Below are positions 1 to 15,345 of a DNA stretch of 64,000 bases, piece by piece. Made by a program: the position numbers and the translations under genes. Every line of letters starts with the position of its first letter. The first letter of the stretch is position 1. Location: positions 18,026-82,025 of the forward strand of contig CAXHJY010000740.1 in assembly GCA_964016885.1 (NCBI GenBank), read 5' to 3'. Below the pieces are notes generated by a model. That model had not been told where the DNA came from. It made no database searches and saw only the letters and a program-made list of their open reading frames with translations. This DNA is from Eledone cirrhosa. Lineage: Eukaryota.

Positions 1-3000
1 ACAACCCCTAGTGCCAGTATATTCTCTTCTTGGACCCACATATGTTGTATCCAACTCCTAGTGACAGTATATTCTCTTCTTGGACCCACCTATGTTGTAT
101 CCAACCCCTACTGCCAGTATATTCTCTTCTTGGGCCCACATATGTTGTATCCAACCCCTAGTGCCAGTATATTGTCTTCTTGGACCCACCTATGTTGTAT
201 CCAACCCCTAGTGCCAGTACGTTCTCTTCATGGACCCACCTATGTTGTATCCACACCCTTGTGCCAGTATATTCTCTTCTTTGACCCACCTATGTTGTAT
301 CCAACCCCTAGTGCCAGTATATTCTCTTCATGGACCCACCTATGTTGTATCCAACCCCTAGTGCCAGTATATTCTCTTCATGGACCCACCTATGTTGTAT
401 CCAACCCCTAGTGCCAGTACGTTCTCTTCTTGGACCCACCTATGTTGTATCCCACCCCTAGTGCCAGTATATTCTATTCTTGGACCCACATATGTTGTAT
501 CCAACCCCTAGTGCCAGTATATTCTCTTCTTGGACCCACCTATGTTGTATCCCACCCCTAGTGCCAGTATATTCTCTTCATGGACCCACCTATGTTGTAT
601 CCCACCCCTAGTGCCAGTATATTCTCTTCATGGACCCACCTATGTTGTATCCAACCCCTAGTGCCAGTACGTTCTCTTCTTGGACCTACCTATGTTGTAT
701 CCAACCCCTAGTGACAGTACGTTCTCTTCTTGGACCCACCTATGTTGTATCCAACCCCTAGTGCCAGTACGATCTCGTCATGGACCCACCTATGTTGTAT
801 CCAAACCCTAGTGCCAGTACGTTCTCTTCTTGGACCCACCTATGTTGTATCCAACCCCTAGTGCCAGTAAGTTCTCTTCATGGACCCACCTATGTTGTAT
901 CCAACCCCTAGTGCCAGTACGTTCTCTTCTTGGACCCACCTATGTTGTATCCAACCCCTAGTGCCAGTATATTCTCTTCTTGGACCCACCTATGTTGTAT
1001 CCAACCCTTAGTGCCAATACGTTCTCTTCTTGAACCCACCTATGTTGTATCCCACCTCTAGTGCCAGTATATTCTCTTCTTGGACCCACCTATGTTGTAT
1101 CCAACCCCTAGTGCCAGTACGTTCCCTTCATGGACCCACCTATGTTGTATCCAACCCCTAGTGCCAGTACGTTCTCTTCATGGACCCACCTATGTTGTAT
1201 CCAACCCCTAGTGCCAGTACGTTCTCTTCTTGGACCCACCTATGTTGTATCCCACCCCTAGTGCCAGTATATTCTCTTCTTGGACCCACCTATGTTGTAT
1301 CCAACCCCTAGTGCCAGTATATTCTCTTCATGGACCCACCTATGTTGTATCCAACCCCTAGTGCCAGTACGTTCTCTTCTTGGACCCACCTATGTTGTAT
1401 CCCACCCATAGTGCCAGTATATTCTCTTCTTGGACCCACATATGTTGTATCCAACCCCTAGTGCCAGTATATTCTCTTCATGGACCCACCCCCTAGTGCC
1501 AGTACGTTCTCTTCATGGAGCCACCTATGTTGTATCCAACCGCTAGTGCCACTATATTCTCTTCTTGGACCCACCTATGTTGTATCCAACCCCTAGTGCC
1601 AGTATATTCTCTTCATGGACCCACCTATGTTGTATCCAACCTCTAGTGCCAGTATATTCTCTTCATGGACCCACCTATGTTGTATCAAACCCCTAGTGCC
1701 AGTACGTTCTCTTCTTGGACCCACCTATGTTGTATCCCACCCCTAGTGCCAGTATATTCTCTTCTTGGACCCACATATGTTGTATCCAACCCCTAGTGCC
1801 AGTACGTTCTCTTCTTGGACCCACCTATGTTGTATCCCACCCCTAGTGCCAGTATATTCTCTTCTTGGACCCACCTATGTTTTATCCAACCCCTAGTGCC
1901 AGTATATTCTCTTCATGGACCCACCTATGTTGTATCCAACCCCTAGTGCCAGTATATTCTCTTCATGGACCCACCTATGTTGTATCCAACCCCTAGTGCC
2001 AGTACGTTCTCTTCTTGGACCCACCTATGTTGTATCCAACCCCTAGTGCCAGTATATTCTCTTCTTGGACCCACCTATGTTGTATCCAACCCCTAGTGCC
2101 AGTACGTTCTCTTCTTGGACCCACCTATGTTGTATCCCACCCCTAGTGCCAGTATATTCTCTTCATGGACCCACCTATGTTGTATCCAACCCCTAGTGCC
2201 AGTACGTTCTCTTCTTGGACCCACCTATGTTGTATCCAACCCCTAGTGCCAGTACGTTCTCTTCTTGGACCCACCTAAGTTGTATCCCACCCCTAGTGCC
2301 AGTATATTCTCTTCATGGACCCACCTATGTTGTATCCCACCCCTAGTGACAGTATATTCTCTTCATGGACCCACCTATGTTGTATCCCACCCCTAGTGCC
2401 AGTATATTCTCTTCATGGACCCACCTATGTTGTATCCAACCCCTAGTGCCAGCACGTTCTCTTCATGGACCCACCTATGTTGTATCCAACCCCTAGTGCC
2501 AGTACGTTCTCTTCTTTGACCCACCTATGTTGTATCCAACCCCTAGTGCCAGTACGTTCTCTTCTTGGACCCACCTATGTTGTATCCCACCCCTAGTGCC
2601 ACTACGTTCTCTTCTTGGACCCAACTATGTTGTATCCCACCCATAGTGCCAGTATATTCTCTTCTTGGACCCACATATGTCGTATCCAACCCCTAGTGCC
2701 AGTACGTTCTCTTCTTGGACCCACCTAAGTTGTATCCAACCCCTAGTGCCAGTATATTCTCTTCTTGGACCCACCTATGTTGTATCCAACCCCTAGTGCC
2801 AGTATATTCTCTTCTTGGACCCACCTATGTTGTATCCCACCCCTAGTGCCAGTACGTTCTCTTCTTGGACCCACCTATGTTGTATCCCACCCCTAGTGCC
2901 AGTATATTCTCTTCATGGACCCACCTATGTTGTATCCAACCCCTAGTGCCAGTATATTCTCTTCTTGGACCCACCTATGTTGTATCCCACCCCTAGTGCC

Positions 3001-6000
3001 AGTATATTCTCTTCTTGGACCCACCTATGTTGTATCCAACCCCTAGTGCCAGTATATTCTCTTCATGGACCCACCTATGTTGTATCCCACCCCTAGTGCC
3101 AGTACGTTCTCTTCTTGGACCCACCTATGTTGTATCCCACCCCTAGTGCCAGTATATTCTCTTCATCGACCCACCTATGTTGTATCCAACCCCTAGTGCC
3201 AGTACGTTCTCTTCTTGGACCCACCTATGTTGTATCCAACCCCTAGTGGCAGTACGTTCTCTTCTTGGACCCACCTAAGTTGTATCCAACCCCTAGTGCC
3301 AGTACGTTCTCTTCTTGGACCCACCTAAGTTGTATCCAACCCCTAGTGCCAGTACGTTCTCCTCATGGACCCACCTATGTTGTATCCAACCCCTAGTGCC
3401 AGTACGTTCTCTTCATGGACCCACCTATGTTGTATCCCACCCCTAGTGCCAGTATGTTCTCTTCTTGGACCCAACTATGTTGTATCCCACCCATAGTGCC
3501 AGAATATTCTCTTCTTGGACCCACATATGTTGTATCCAACCCCTAGTGCCAGTATATTCTCTTCATGGACCCACCTATGTTGTATCCAACCCCTAGTGCC
3601 AGTACGTTCTCTTCTTGGACCCACCTATGTTGTATCCCACCCATAGTGCCAGTATATTCTCTTCTTGGACCCACATATGTTGTATCCAACCCCTAGTGCC
3701 AGTATATTCTCTTCATGGACCCACCTATGTTGTATCCAACCCCTAGTGCCAGTACGTTCTCTTCTTGGACCCACCTATGTTGTATCCAACCCCTAGTGCC
3801 AGTATATTCTCTTCTTGGACCCACCTATGTTGTATCCAACCCCTAGTGCCAGTATATTCTCTTCTTGGACCCACCTATGTTGTATCCAACCCCTAGTGCC
3901 AGTATATTCTCTTCTTGGACCCACCTATGTTGTATCCCACCCCTAGTGCCAGTACGTTCTCTTCTTGGACCCACCTACGTTGTATCCAACCCCTAGTGCC
4001 AGTATATTCTCTTCTTGGACCCACATATGTTGTATCCAACCCCTAGTGCCAGTATATTCTCTTCTTGGACCCACCTATGTTGTATCCCACCCCTAGTGCC
4101 AGTATATTCTCTTCATGGACCCACCTATGTTGTATCCAACCCCTAGTGCCAGTATATTCTCTTCATGGACCCACCTATGTTGTATCCAACCCCTAGTGCC
4201 AGTACGTTCTCTTCTTGGACCCACCTATGTTGTATCCAACCCCTAGTGCCAGTACGTTCTCGTCATGGACCCACCTATGTTGTATCCAAACCCTAGTGCC
4301 AGTACGTTCTCTTCTTGGAGCCACCTATGTGGTATCGAACCCCTAGTGCCAGTACGTTCTCTTCATGGACCCACCTATGTTGTATCCAACCCCTAGTGCC
4401 AGTACGTTCTCTTCTTGGACCCACCTATGTTGTATCCAACCCCTAGTGCCAGTATATTCTCTTCTTGGACCCACCTATGTTGTATCCCACCCCTAGTGCC
4501 AGTACGTTCTCTTCATGGAGCCACCTATGTTGTATCCAACCGCTAGTGCCACTATATTCTCTTCTTGGACCCACCTATGTTGTATCCAACCCCTAGTGCC
4601 AGTATATTCTCTTCATGGACCCACCTATGTTGTATCCAACCCCTAGTGCCAGTATATTCTCTTCATGGACCCACCTATGTTGTATCCAACCCCTAGTGCC
4701 AGTACGTTCTCTTCTTGGACCCACCTATGTTGTATCCCACCCCTAGTGCCAGTATATTCTCTTTTTGGACCCACCTATGTTGTATCCCACCCCTAGTGCC
4801 AGTATATTCTCTTCTTGGACCCACCTATGTTGTATCCCACCCCTAGTGCCAGTATATTCTCTTCTTGGACCCACCTATGTTGTATCCCACCCCTAGTGCC
4901 AGTATATTCTCTTCTTGGACCCACCTATGTTGTATCCAACCCCTAGTGCCAGTACGTTCGCTTCTTGGACCCACCTATGTTGTATCCCACCCCTAGTGCC
5001 AGTATATTCTATTCTTGGACCCACCTATGTTGTATCCAACCCCTAGTGCCAGTACGTTCTCTTCTTGAACCCACCTATGTTGTATCCAACACCTGGTGCC
5101 AGTACGTTCTCTTCTTGGACCCACCTATGTTGTATCCCACCCCTAGTGCCAGTATATTCTCTTCTTGGACCCACCTATGTTGTATCCAACCCCTAGTGCC
5201 AGTACGTTCTCTTCTTGGACCCACCTATGTTGTATCCAACACCTGGTGCCAGTACGTTCTCTTCTTGGACCCACCTATGTTGTATCCCACCCCTAGTGCC
5301 AGTATATTCTCTTCTTGGACCCACCTATGTTGTATCCCACCCCTAGTGCGAGTATATTCTCTTCTTGGACCCACCTATGTTGTATCCCACCCCTAGTGCC
5401 AGTACGTTCTCTTCTTGAACCCACCTATGTTGTATCCCACCCCTAGTGCCAGTATATTCTCTTCTTGGACCCACCTAAGTTGTATCCAACCCCTAGTGCC
5501 AGTACGTTCTCTTCTTGTACCCACCTATGTTGTATCCAACCCCTAGTGCCAGTATATTCTCTTCTTGGACCCACCTAAGTTGTATCCAACCCCTAGTGCC
5601 AGTACGTTCTCTTCTTGGACCCACCTATGTTGTATCCAACCCCTAGTGCCAGTACGTTCTCTTCATGGACCCACCTATGTTGTATCCAACCCCTAGTGCC
5701 AGTACGTTCTCTTCTTGGACCCACCTAAGTTGTATCCAACCCCTAGTGCCAGTATATTCTCTTCATGGACCTACCTATGTTGTATCCCACTCCTAGTGCC
5801 AGTATATTCTCTTCTTGGACCCACCTATGTTGTATCCAACTCCTAGTGCCAGTATGTTCTCTTCTTGGACCCACCTAAGTTGTATCCAACCCCTAGTGCC
5901 AGTATATTCTCTTCATGGACCCACCTATGTTGTATCCCACCCCTAGTGCCAGTATATTCTCTTCATGGACCCACCTATGTTGTATCCCACCCCTAGTGCC

Positions 6001-9000
6001 AGTATATTCTCTTCTTGGACACACCTATGTTGTATCCAACCCCTAGTGCCAGTATATTCTCTTCATGGACCCACCTATGTTGTATCCCACCCCTAGTGCC
6101 AGTACGTTCTCTTCATGGACCCACCTATGTTGTATCCAACCCCTAGTGCCAGTACGTTCTCTTCATGGACCCACCTATGTTGTATCCAACCCCTAGTGCC
6201 AGTACATTCTCTTCTTTGACCCACCTATATTGTATCCAACCCCTAGTGCCAGTAAGTTCTCTTCTTGGACCCAACTATGTTGTATCCAACCCCTAGTGCC
6301 AGTACGTTCTCTTCATGGACCCACCTATGTTGTATCCAACCCCTAGTGCCAGTATATTCTCTTCTTTGACCCACCTATGTTGTATACAACCCCTAGTGCC
6401 AGTATATTCTCTTCATGGACCCACCTATGTTGTATCCAACCCCTAGTGCCAGTATATTCTCTTCATGGACCCACCTATGTTGTATCCCACCCCTAGTGCC
6501 AGTATATTCTCTTCATGGACCCACCTATGTTGTATCCAACCCCTAGTGCCAGTACGTTCTCTTCTTGGACCCACCTATGTTGTATCCCACCCCTAGTGCC
6601 AGTATATTCTCTTCTTGTACCCAACTATGTTGTATCCAACCCCTAGTGCCAGTACGTTCTCTTCTTGGACCCACCTATGTTGTATCCAACCCCTAGTGAC
6701 AGTACGTTCTCTTCTTGGACCCACCTATGTTGTATCCAACCCCTAGTGCCAGTACGTTCTCTTCATGGACCCACCTATGTTGTATCCAAACCCTAGTGCC
6801 AGTACGTTCTCTTCTTGGACCCACCTATGTTGTATCCAACCCCTAGTGCCAGTACGTTCTCTTCATGGACCCACCTATGTTGTATCCCACCCCTAGTGCC
6901 AGTACGATCTCTTCTTGGACCCACCTATGTTCTATCCAACCCCTAGTGCCAGTATATTCTCTTCTTGGACCCACCTATGTTGTATCCAACACCTAGTGCC
7001 AGTACGTTCTCTTCTTGGACCCACCTATGTTGTATCCCACCCCTAGTGCCAGTATATTCTCTTCTTGGACCCACCTATGTTGTATCCCACCCCTAGTGCC
7101 AGTATATTCTCTTCTTGGACCCACCTATGTTGTATCCAACCCCTAGTGCCAGTACGTTCTCTTCTTGAACCCACCCCTAGTGCCAGTATATTCTCTTCTT
7201 GGACGCACCTAAGTTGTATCCAACCCCTAGTGCCAGTACGTTCTCTTCTTGGACCCACCTATGTTGTATCCAACCCCTAGTGCCAGTACGTTCTCTTCAT
7301 GGACCCACATATGTTGTATCCAACCCCTGGTGACAGTACGTTCTCTTCTTGGACCCACCTATGTTGTATCCCACCCCTAGTGCCAGTATATTCTCTTCTT
7401 GGACCCACCTATGTTGTATCCCACCCCTAGTGCCAGTACGTTCTCTTCTTGAACCCGCCCCTAGTGCCAGTATATTCTCTTCTTGGACCCACCTAAGTTG
7501 TATCCAACCCCTAGTGCCAGTACGTTCTCTTCTTGGACCCACCTATGTTGTATCCAACCCCTAGTGCCAGTATATTCTCTTCTTGGACCCACCTATGTTG
7601 TATCCAACCCCTGGTGCCAGTACGTTCTCTTCTTGGACCCACCTAAGTTGTATCCAACCCCTAGTGCCAGTACGTTCTCTTCTTGGACCCACCTAAGTTG
7701 TATCCAACCCCTAGTGCCACTATATTCTCTTCTTGGACCCACCTATGTTGTATCCCACCCCTAGTGCCAGTATATTCTCTTCTTGGACCCACCTATGTTG
7801 TATCCCACCCCTAGTGCCAGTATATTCTCTTCATGGACCCACCTATGTTGTATCCAACCCCTAGTGCCAGTACGTTCTCTTCTTGGACCCACCTATGTTG
7901 TATCCAACCCCTAGTGCCAGTACGTTCTCTTCTTGGACCCACCTATATTGTATCCAACCCCTAGTGCCAGTATATTCTCTTCTTGGACCCACCTATGTTG
8001 TATCCAACCCCTAGTGCCAGTACGTTCTCTTCTTTGACCCACCTATATTGTATCCAACCCCTAGTGCCAGTAAGTTCTCTTCTTGGACCCACCTAAGTTG
8101 TATCCAACCCCTAGTGCCAGTATATTCTCTTCATGGACCCACCTATGTTGTATCCCACCCTTAGTGCCAGTATATTCTCTTCTTGGACCCACCTATGTTG
8201 TATCCAACCCCTAGTGCCAGTACGTTCTCTTCATGGACCCACCTATGTTGTATCCAACCCCTAGTGCCAGTACGTTCTCTTCTTGGACCCACCTAAGTTG
8301 TATCCAACCCCTAGTGCCAGTATATTCTCTTCATGGACCTACCTATGTTGTATCCCACTCCTAGTGCCAGTATATTCTATTCTTGGACCCACCTATGTTG
8401 TATCCAACTCCTAGTGCCAGTATGTTCTCTTCTTGGACCCACCTAAGTTGTATCCAACCCCTAGTGCCAGTATATTCTCTTCATGGACCCACCTATGTTG
8501 TATCCCACCCCTAGTGCCAGTATATTCTCTTCATGGACCCACCTATGTTGTATCCCACCCCTAGTGCCAGTATATTCTCTTCTTGGACCCACCTATGTTG
8601 TATCCAACCCCTAGTGCCAGTATATTCTCTTCATGGACCCACCTATGTTGTATCCCACCCCTAGTGCCAGTACGTTCTCTTCATGGACCCACCTATGTTG
8701 TATCCAACCCCTAGTGCCAGTATATTCTCTTCATGGACCCACCTATGTTGTATCCAACCCCTAGTGCCAGTACGTTCTCTTCATGGACCCACCTATGTTG
8801 TATCCAACCCCTAGTGCCAGTATATTCTCTTCATGGACCCACCTATGTTGTATCCAACCCCTAGTGCCAGTACGTTCTCTTCATGGACCCACCTATGTTG
8901 TATCCAACCCCTAGTGCCAGTATATTCTCTTCTTGGACCCACATATGTTGTATACAACCCCTAGTGCCAGTATATTCTCTTCTTGGACCCACATATGTTG

Positions 9001-12000
9001 TATCCAACTCCTAGTGACAGTATATTCTCTTCTTGGACCCACCTATGTTGTATCCAACCCCTACTGCCAGTATATTCTCTTCTTGGGCCCACATATGTTG
9101 TATCCAACCCCTAGTGCCAGTATATTGTCTTCTTGGACCCACCTATGTTGTATCCAACCCCTAGTGCCAGTACGTTCTCTTCATGGACCCACCTATGTTG
9201 TATCCACACCCTTGTGCCAGTATATTCTCTTCTTTGACCCACCTATGTTGTATCCAACCCCTAGTGCCAGTATATTCTCTTCATGGACCCACCTATGTTG
9301 TATCCAACCCCTAGTGCCAGTATATTCTCTTCATGGACCCACCTATGTTGTATCCAACCCCTAGTGCCAGTACGTTCTCTTCTTGGACCCACCTATGTTG
9401 TATCCCACCCCTAGTGCCAGTATATTCTATTCTTGGACCCACATATGTTGTATCCCACCCCTAGTGCCAGTATATTCTCTTCATGGACCCACCTATGTTG
9501 TATCCAACCCCTAGTGCCAGTACGTTCTCTTCTTGGACCTACCTATGTTGTATCCAACCCCTAGTGACAGTACGTTCTCTTCTTGGACCCACCTATGTTG
9601 TATCCAACCCCTAGTGCCAGTACGATCTCGTCATGGACCCACCTATGTTGTATCCAAACCCTAGTGCCAGTACGTTCTCTTCTTGGACCCACCTATGTTG
9701 TATCCAACCCCTAGTGCCAGTAAGTTCTCTTCATGGACCCACCTATGTTGTATCCAACCCCTAGTGCCAGTACGTTCTCTTCTTGGACCCACCTATGTTG
9801 TATCCAACCCCTAGTGCCAGTATATTCTCTTCTTGGACCCACCTATGTTGTATCCAACCCCTAGTGCCAGTAAGTTCTCTTCATGGACCCACCTATGTTG
9901 TATCCAACCCCTAGTGCCAGTACGTTCTCTTCATGGACCCACCTATGTTGTATCCAACCCCTAGTGCCAGTACGTTCTCTTCTTGGACCCACCTATGTTG
10001 TATCCCACCCCTAGTGCCAGTATATTCTCTTCTTGGACCCACCTATGTTGTATCCAACCCCTAGTGCCAGTATATTCTCTTCATGGACCCACCTATGTTG
10101 TATCCAACCCCTAGTGCCAGTACGTTCTCTTCTTGGACCCACCTATGTTGTATCCCACCCATAGTGCCAGTATATTCTCTTCTTGGACCCACATATGTTG
10201 TATCCAACCCCTAGTGCCAGTATATTCTCTTCATGGACCCACCCCCTAGTGCCAGTACGTTCTCTTCATGGAGCCACCTATGTTGTATCCAACCGCTAGT
10301 GCCACTATATTCTCTTCTTGGACCCACCTATGTTGTATCCAACCCCTAGTGCCAGTATATTCTCTTCATGGACCCACCTATGTTGTATCCAACCTCTAGT
10401 GCCAGTATATTCTCTTCATGGACCCACCTATGTTGTATCAAACCCCTAGTGCCAGTACGTTCTCTTCTTGGACCCACCTATGTTGTATCCCACCCCTAGT
10501 GCCAGTATATTCTCTTCTTGGACCCACATATGTTGTATCCAACCCCTAGTGCCAGTATATTCTCTTCTTGGACCCACATATGTTGTATCCAACCCCTAGT
10601 GCCAGTACGTTCTCTTCTTGGACCCACCTATGTTGTATCCCACCCCTAGTGCCAGTATATTCTCTTCTTGGACCCACCTATGTTTTATCCAACCCCTAGT
10701 GCCAGTATATTCTCTTCATGGACCCACCTATGTTGTATCCAACCCCTAGTGCCAGTATATTCTCTTCATGGACCCACCTATGTTGTATCCAACCCCTAGT
10801 GCCAGTACGTTCTCTTCTTGGACCCACCTATGTTGTATCCAACCCCTAGTGCCAGTATATTCTCTTCTTGGACCCACCTATGTTGTATCCAACCCCTAGT
10901 GCCAGTACGTTCTCTTCTTGGACCCACCTATGTTGTATCCAACCCCTAGTGCCAGTACGTTCTCTTCATGGACCCACCTATGTTGTATCCAACCCCTAGT
11001 GCCAGTACGTTCTCTTCTTGGACCCACCTATGTTGTATCCAACCCCTAGTGCCAGTACGTTCTCTTCTTGGACCCACCTAAGTTGTATCCCACCCCTAGT
11101 GCCAGTATATTCTCTTCATGGACCCACCTATGTTGTATCCCACCCCTAGTGACAGTATATTCTCTTCATGGACCCACCTATGTTGTATCCCACCCCTAGT
11201 GCCAGTATATTCTCTTCATGGACCCACCTATGTTGTATCCAACCCCTAGTGCCAGCACGTTCTCTTCATGGACCCACCTATGTTGTATCCAACCCCTAGT
11301 GCCAGTACGTTCTCTTCTTTGACCCACCTATGTTGTATCCAACCCCTAGTGCCAGTACGTTCTCTTCTTGGACCCACCTATGTTGTATCCCACCCCTAGT
11401 GCCACTACGTTCTCTTCTTGGACCCAACTATGTTGTATCCCACCCATAGTGCCAGTATATTCTCTTCTTGGACCCACATATGTCGTATCCAACCCCTAGT
11501 GCCAGTACGTTCTCTTCTTGGACCCACCTAAGTTGTATCCAACCCCTAGTGCCAGTATATTCTCTTCTTGGACCCACCTATGTTGTATCCAACCCCTAGT
11601 GCCAGTATATTCTCTTCTTGGACCCACCTATGTTGTATCCCACCCCTAGTGCCAGTACGTTCTCTTCTTGGACCCACCTATGTTGTATCCCACCCCTAGT
11701 GCCAGTATATTCTCTTCATGGACCCACCTATGTTGTATCCAACCCCTAGTGCCAGTATATTCTCTTCTTGGACCCACCTATGTTGTATCCCACCCCTAGT
11801 GCCAGTATATTCTCTTCTTGGACCCACCTATGTTGTATCCAACCCCTAGTGCCAGTATATTCTCTTCATGGACCCACCTATGTTGTATCCCACCCCTAGT
11901 GCCAGTACGTTCTCTTCTTGGACCCACCTATGTTGTATCCCACCCCTAGTGCCAGTATATTCTCTTCATCGACCCACCTATGTTGTATCCAACCCCTAGT

Positions 12001-15000
12001 GCCAGTACGTTCTCTTCTTGGACCCACCTATGTTGTATCCAACCCCTAGTGGCAGTACGTTCTCTTCTTGGACCCACCTAAGTTGTATCCAACCCCTAGT
12101 GCCAGTACGTTCTCTTCTTGGACCCACCTAAGTTGTATCCAACCCCTAGTGCCAGTACGTTCTCCTCATGGACCCACCTATGTTGTATCCAACCCCTAGT
12201 GCCAGTACGTTCTCTTCATGGACCCACCTATGTTGTATCCCACCCCTAGTGCCAGTATGTTCTCTTCTTGGACCCAACTATGTTGTATCCCACCCATAGT
12301 GCCAGAATATTCTCTTCTTGGACCCACATATGTTGTATCCAACCCCTAGTGCCAGTATATTCTCTTCATGGACCCACCTATGTTGTATCCAACCCCTAGT
12401 GCCAGTACGTTCTCTTCTTGGACCCACCTATGTTGTATCCCACCCATAGTGCCAGTATATTCTCTTCTTGGACCCACATATGTTGTATCCAACCCCTAGT
12501 GCCAGTATATTCTCTTCATGGACCCACCTATGTTGTATCCAACCCCTAGTGCCAGTACGTTCTCTTCTTGGACCCACCTATGTTGTATCCAACCCCTAGT
12601 GCCAGTATATTCTCTTCTTGGACCCACCTATGTTGTATCCAACCCCTAGTGCCAGTATATTCTCTTCTTGGACCCACCTATGTTGTATCCAACCCCTAGT
12701 GCCAGTATATTCTCTTCTTGGACCCACCTATGTTGTATCCCACCCCTAGTGCCAGTACGTTCTCTTCTTGGACCCACCTACGTTGTATCCAACCCCTAGT
12801 GCCAGTATATTCTCTTCTTGGACCCACATATGTTGTATCCAACCCCTAGTGCCAGTATATTCTCTTCTTGGACCCACCTATGTTGTATCCCACCCCTAGT
12901 GCCAGTATATTCTCTTCATGGACCCACCTATGTTGTATCCAACCCCTAGTGCCAGTATATTCTCTTCATGGACCCACCTATGTTGTATCCAACCCCTAGT
13001 GCCAGTACGTTCTCTTCTTGGACCCACCTATGTTGTATCCAACCCCTAGTGCCAGTACGTTCTCGTCATGGACCCACCTATGTTGTATCCAAACCCTAGT
13101 GCCAGTACGTTCTCTTCTTGGAGCCACCTATGTGGTATCGAACCCCTAGTGCCAGTACGTTCTCTTCATGGACCCACCTATGTTGTATCCAACCCCTAGT
13201 GCCAGTACGTTCTCTTCTTGGACCCACCTATGTTGTATCCAACCCCTAGTGCCAGTATATTCTCTTCTTGGACCCACCTATGTTGTATCCCACCCCTAGT
13301 GCCAGTACGTTCTCTTCATGGAGCCACCTATGTTGTATCCAACCGCTAGTGCCACTATATTCTCTTCTTGGACCCACCTATGTTGTATCCAACCCCTAGT
13401 GCCAGTATATTCTCTTCATGGACCCACCTATGTTGTATCCAACCCCTAGTGCCAGTATATTCTCTTCATGGACCCACCTATGTTGTATCCAACCCCTAGT
13501 GCCAGTACGTTCTCTTCTTGGACCCACCTATGTTGTATCCCACCCCTAGTGCCAGTATATTCTCTTTTTGGACCCACCTATGTTGTATCCCACCCCTAGT
13601 GCCAGTATATTCTCTTCTTGGACCCACCTATGTTGTATCCCACCCCTAGTGCCAGTATATTCTCTTCTTGGACCCACCTATGTTGTATCCCACCCCTAGT
13701 GCCAGTATATTCTCTTCTTGGACCCACCTATGTTGTATCCAACCCCTAGTGCCAGTACGTTCGCTTCTTGGACCCACCTATGTTGTATCCCACCCCTAGT
13801 GCCAGTATATTCTATTCTTGGACCCACCTATGTTGTATCCAACCCCTAGTGCCAGTACGTTCTCTTCTTGAACCCACCTATGTTGTATCCAACACCTGGT
13901 GCCAGTACGTTCTCTTCTTGGACCCACCTATGTTGTATCCCACCCCTAGTGCCAGTATATTCTCTTCTTGGACCCACCTATGTTGTATCCAACCCCTAGT
14001 GCCAGTACGTTCTCTTCTTGGACCCACCTATGTTGTATCCAACACCTGGTGCCAGTACGTTCTCTTCTTGGACCCACCTATGTTGTATCCCACCCCTAGT
14101 GCCAGTATATTCTCTTCTTGGACCCACCTATGTTGTATCCCACCCCTAGTGCGAGTATATTCTCTTCTTGGACCCACCTATGTTGTATCCCACCCCTAGT
14201 GCCAGTACGTTCTCTTCTTGAACCCACCTATGTTGTATCCCACCCCTAGTGCCAGTATATTCTCTTCTTGGACCCACCTAAGTTGTATCCAACCCCTAGT
14301 GCCAGTACGTTCTCTTCTTGTACCCACCTATGTTGTATCCAACCCCTAGTGCCAGTATATTCTCTTCTTGGACCCACCTAAGTTGTATCCAACCCCTAGT
14401 GCCAGTACGTTCTCTTCTTGTACCCACCTATGTTGTATCCCACCCCTAGTGCCAGTACGTTCTCTTCTTGGACCCACCTATGTTGTATCCAACCGCTAGT
14501 GCCAGTACGTTCTCTTCTTGTACCCACCTATGTTGTATCCAACCCCTAGTGCCAGTATATTCTCTTCTTAGACCCACCTATGTTGTATCCAACCCCTAGT
14601 GCCAGTATATTCTCTTCTTGGACCCACCTATGTTGTATCCAACCCCTAGTGCCAGTATATTCTCTTCTTGGACCCACCTATGTTGTATCCAACCCCTAGT
14701 GCCAGTACGTTCTCTTCTTGGACCCACCTACGTTGTATCCAACCCCTAGTGCTAGTATATTCTCTTCATGGACCCACCTATGTTGTATCCAACCCCTAGT
14801 GCCAGTATATTCTCTTCTTGGACCCACCTATGTTGTATCCCACCCCTAGTGCCAGTACGTTCTCTTCTTGGACCCACCTATATTGTATCCAACCCCTAGT
14901 GCTAGTATATTCTCTTCATGGACCCACCTATGTTGTATCCAACCCCTAGTGCCAGTACGTTCTCTTCTTGGACCCACCTATGTTGTATCCAACCCCTAGT

Positions 15001-15345
15001 GCTAGTATATTCTCTTCATGGACCCACCTATGTTGTATCCCACCCCTAGTGCCAGTATATTCTCTTCTTGGACCCACCTATGTTGTATCCAACCCCTAGT
15101 GCCAGTATATTCTCTTCTTGGACCCACCTATGTTGTATCCCACCCCTAGTGCCAGTATATTCTCTTCTTGGACCCACCTATGTTGTATCCAACCCCTAGT
15201 GCCAGTATATTTTCTTCTTGGACCCACCTATGTTGTATCCAACCCCTAGTGCCAGTACGTTCTCTTCTTGGACCCACCTATGTTATATCCAACCCCTAGT
15301 GCCAGTATATTCTCTTCATGGACCCACCTATGTTGTATCTACCCC
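1..15345. repeat. 50-bp tandem satellite, ~300 copies, runs off the left edge of the window
   Basis: Consensus TGGACCCACCTATGTTGTATCCAACCCCTAGTGCCAGTATATTCTCTTCT repeats with 50-bp period; a few shortened units (~1490, ~7170, ~7455, ~10245); decays at ~15340. Confidence 0.98.

Noticed and set aside
1-15345. CRISPR array or coding repeat
   Set aside because: Contiguous 50-bp units with no unique spacers; the period is not a multiple of 3 and stops are frequent; eukaryotic context with no cas genes
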